Assembly (NCBI GenBank): GCA_963710755.1 | Contig: CAVQBK010000013.1 | Span: forward strand, 96,001-160,000 | Direction of reading: 5' to 3' | DNA length: 64,000 nt | Origin: an uncultured bacterium | Lineage (GTDB): Bacteria; Oederibacteriota; JAAXVQ01; JAUVAV01 | Shown here: positions 61,073 to 64,000 of the stretch, piece by piece | How the letters are laid out: every line of letters starts with the position of its first letter | How positions within the stretch are numbered: the first letter of the stretch is position 1 | Program-made: the position numbers and the translations under genes | Notes under the pieces: generated by a model | What the model was told of the DNA's origin: nothing | Databases searched by the model: none | What the model saw: only the letters and a program-made list of their open reading frames with translations

Positions 61073-61099
61073 GTATCGTATTGGATAGGCAGGAAATTA
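61073..61099 (-). promoter_or_regulatory. Sigma-28-like promoter
   Basis: TAAT-N15-TACGATAC on the minus strand. Confidence 0.4.
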
Positions 61100-61630
61100 A
61101 ATGGACAGATGGCCAGGCCGAGGAAATCGAGCTTGAAACTTACAAGCAATTTGGGGATGCCGGAGATAATGAAGGGGTAAACTCAAGAGTTCTTAGGTTA
61201 TAAATGGCTGGAAGTGTAATAACTCAAACTTGATCTGACAAGTAATGTCCACACCGTTGAGAAAACAGTGCCGCAGTAGGATGAGCTTTTCATGTTGATT
61301 TTATTTTGTCAGGTCTATTTCGAAAGACAACTGTGATTGTGGGTGGCCTCAGCTTGCGAAACGATGATAAAATTAATCCTTTTTGCAAATACTTTTCCAA
61401 AAGATCTAACGGAGCAATTTTTAAAACAAAAAAGATAAATCTTGGAACTTAATGCCTTCCTGTAATAAGCATGCTACGATGAAAATGCAGCACTGACCAT
61501 AATTGTGAAATAAATTTCGGATTATCACACTTGAAGTCTGGAGTCGCGGCACCATGATAAGGCAAAGTTCAAGGGGTGAGCCCTATCACAGCAATGTTTG
61601 CGGCAAGAATACTGATAAAAGCGTTTATGC

Positions 61631-64000
61631 TTACGCTGCGTTTCTAAGGGAACGGTTCTGCCGCGACGGTGCAAACTTCTCAAAGGCTTCTTGATTGATG
61701 ATCTGAAGTAAAGGCCGTAATTCGTCCAGCACCCGGCCCTTCATCATATTGCTGTCCAACATGAAGCTCGGCAGGTAAATGTCCTTCAGGCCATCCTTGG
61801 TTGTCAGATCGCCCACATGCACGGACCCCAGTTCGGGAATGGCCCGAGCCAAACTGGACAGGCTCATTAAATTATTGATTCTATTTTCATCTGACAGGTT
61901 AACGGCTTGCGATTGCCAAAATTGCTGAAGCAGCTTTTCGAAACGTGCCCGCATTTGAATATTACCCGTGACCGCCCAAAGCTTATAAGTCTGGGCCAAA
62001 GGCTGATTAGGTTGGGTTAAGGCGCTCGCCAAAGGCGACGCTTGGCCCTTCAGCACCATATTTATATAAGCCGGCGCATTCCAGAGCCGCAGGAGCCGCA
62101 TAACCGGCGCCTGCCATGAACGGGGCAGGTGGTTGATGGTCTTGAAAAAAGTTTCAAACAGGGTTATTGGTGCTTGCCAAGCGGTATGCGTCACCCCTTC
62201 CATTAAAAGGTCAACTTCCCAGCGCTGTTCATTTTCCTGGCGCAGTTGAGTTAGAGAAGCGCCGAGCAAGGCTTCTGTGACTGCTTTCCTGCTCTTCTGC
62301 CACCATGAAGATCCTTCTGGCTGTCGCACCACCTCGCGCAGCAGGCTGTCAGGCAGAAATAAAACAGTCTGGGTAAACAGCTGATCCCCGACTTCTTCTC
62401 CTGCCAACACCAGCCGGCCTTTCCAATCGCGAGCCCGTTTTTCTCGCAATTGCGATAATGGTTTTATAGCCATGTCCGGCATGGACCGGGCTTGCCTGAC
62501 CGCAGCCTGCAAGCTCACAGGATCGGGCAGGTGATTTTGACGCAACAACCTAATCAACGCCGGATGGTGATCGTCAATCATCACCCCACTTTTCAAGGGC
62601 CGATTAATGAGAATGTTAACCAAAAGACGCAGCGCTTTAAGCGGCGCGCCAAAAATCATTCCCAGGCCACTGCGGGTGATGGGCTTTTCCTGATCAGCAG
62701 TGAAAACAAACTGCCCTAACAGCCACCGCAGCATACGCTGCCCGACCGAAAGCCGCGTGTAATAGGGTTGGTTAGCTTCTTCGACCATGCTGAATTTCTG
62801 GCTTGGTTCGGATGGGATCGTGCTGCCGGTTCCTCCATTGGCTTCACCGCTGGTGCCAGGGGCGGCAGGAGGTGGGTCATTGTTTCCGCCATCCTTTTGA
62901 TCATTTTGATCCTCATTTTCCGCGGCTTTGGCACCCTTGAGTGGTGAAGTCGATTGTAAAAAGGCATGCTGCTCTCTACTCCCCGCCACATTGGTTTCCC
63001 ATTTTCCCAAATCCACCTCTTCCAGAGGGGGAATATCTGTTTTAACCTCAATATGGTCAATCCCTAACTCCCGGCAAGGTTGTTCGAAATCGGCATCATT
63101 TTGCATCACCGTAATAACAGCATGGCCGAGCCTTTCTGCTTCCATAATTGTCTTGCCTTCCACAGAAAATTCATAACGCTTATCGCCTTTGATTAAAAAT
63201 ATTTTAAGAGGCTTTAATTCACCATTTTTTTTCTGATATACCGTAAATTGGCAATCGCTCTGCTGATAGGATATGGGTATAAGGGGGTTTCCCGTAATAA
63301 TCAGTCCTCCTTCACGGAGGGAATTGTCGTTGGCCATTTGGGTGAGAATTTTTTCTTCCAATCCAGGATAGGTCCCCAATAAATTCAAACAAATTTTTAT
63401 TTTGCTTTTGACGTTAATACCAAAAGGATTGTGTTTTAATCCCAGTCCAAGCCGCAAAGCCTCATTATCATAATTGGTGCTCTCCGCGCTTATCCCACGG
63501 GGCAAACTGCTTTCATCCTTTTTATAATCCTTGAACCAGGAATTAAAGCGTCTGTAACTCCGGACACTGGTATCCACCCTGCCACCCAAATAGTAAATCC
63601 CAACAATCTTGTTCCCTTTAAAATATGCGATCCTGTAATTTTTCGGATCCAGCGATGAACGTTGGTCGGTAATCACAAATTCAGGCATATGCGTTTCAGA
63701 AACAATAACGTGATGCCGTGGGTTTAATTGACTGGCATCGGCTGCTATTTTGGCTGCTTCCACTGGAGACCAACCAATAATATTGATATTTATGCCCACA
63801 TCATTCTCATTTTTAGGCAGAAGAATGCGCGCCGGTAATTCACCTTCCTGTGTAAGGTATTGGCGGATGCGGGCCAGGTGATGATCGCGGTTGACCAGAT
63901 CAAAAAGATTGTATTTATTGCGGTCGCCGGCAATTTTATTGATTTGCCATTTCAATTTTTGGGAAAGTTTATTTTTAATCGTTTGTAGTGTGAAAAAGGC
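61631..64000 (-). CDS. 3' part of a large hypothetical protein (5' end outside the window)
   Basis: The frame stays open to base 64000. Degenerate methyltransferase-like segment, low-complexity linker, helical C-terminal domain ending RQNRSLRNAA. Confidence 0.75.
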   Translation of the reverse strand, partial: AFFTLQTIKNKLSQKLKWQINKIAGDRNKYNLFDLVNRDHHLARIRQYLTQEGELPARILLPKNENDVGININIIGWSPVEAAKIAADASQLNPRHHVIVSETHMPEFVITDQRSSLDPKNYRIAYFKGNKIVGIYYLGGRVDTSVRSYRRFNSWFKDYKKDESSLPRGISAESTNYDNEALRLGLGLKHNPFGINVKSKIKICLNLLGTYPGLEEKILTQMANDNSLREGGLIITGNPLIPISYQQSDCQFTVYQKKNGELKPLKIFLIKGDKRYEFSVEGKTIMEAERLGHAVITVMQNDADFEQPCRELGIDHIEVKTDIPPLEEVDLGKWETNVAGSREQHAFLQSTSPLKGAKAAENEDQNDQKDGGNNDPPPAAPGTSGEANGGTGSTIPSEPSQKFSMVEEANQPYYTRLSVGQRMLRWLLGQFVFTADQEKPITRSGLGMIFGAPLKALRLLVNILINRPLKSGVMIDDHHPALIRLLRQNHLPDPVSLQAAVRQARSMPDMAIKPLSQLREKRARDWKGRLVLAGEEVGDQLFTQTVLFLPDSLLREVVRQPEGSSWWQKSRKAVTEALLGASLTQLRQENEQRWEVDLLMEGVTHTAWQAPITLFETFFKTINHLPRSWQAPVMRLLRLWNAPAYINMVLKGQASPLASALTQPNQPLAQTYKLWAVTGNIQMRARFEKLLQQFWQSQAVNLSDENRINNLMSLSSLARAIPELGSVHVGDLTTKDGLKDIYLPSFMLDSNMMKGRVLDELRPLLQIINQEAFEKFAPSRQNRSLRNAA

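Noticed and set aside
61150-61630. Hidden gene or ncRNA in the intergenic gap
   Set aside because: No convincing ORF or structure could be supported.
1-64000. CRISPR array, tRNA, rRNA, integrase or transposase
   Set aside because: By eye I found no regularly spaced repeats, RNA-gene signatures or recombinase/transposase ORFs.

Overview
Bacterial chromosomal window of moderate GC. I found no rRNA, tRNA, CRISPR array or intact mobile element. The protein styles (very large signal-peptide proteins with a 'QDLH...VGVEGA' N-terminal domain, a PT-repeat lipoprotein, archease-RtcB, a V-type ATPase) suggest an anaerobic, probably uncultured candidate lineage; that is inference only. Recognisable content: PolX and a PRTase; rubredoxin-superoxide reductase; 2-oxoacid:ferredoxin oxidoreductase; a DEAD-box helicase; MarR-EmrAB-TolC and MacAB-TolC efflux systems; fbaB-pgm-P3A H+-ATPase; a V/A-ATPase operon in B-D-I-K-E-DUF2764-A order followed by GH1 and GT2 genes; a CosR-like MarR with ablB-ablA (N-epsilon-acetyl-beta-lysine osmolyte); RtcB-archease. 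Best leads: (1) five stand-alone DUF2378/V4R-like paralogs, each with its own sigma-28-like promoter (TAAA-like, N15, GCCGATAA-like), a motif also found upstream of an orphan radical SAM gene and a PT-repeat lipoprotein, suggesting a non-flagellar sigma-28 regulon; (2) two large modular proteins ending in the same Arg-rich...AA-stop tail; (3) a tandem kinase-pseudokinase downstream of rtcB-archease; (4) two tandem secreted tail-fibre-like genes whose AT-rich 3' halves carry many frameshifts.
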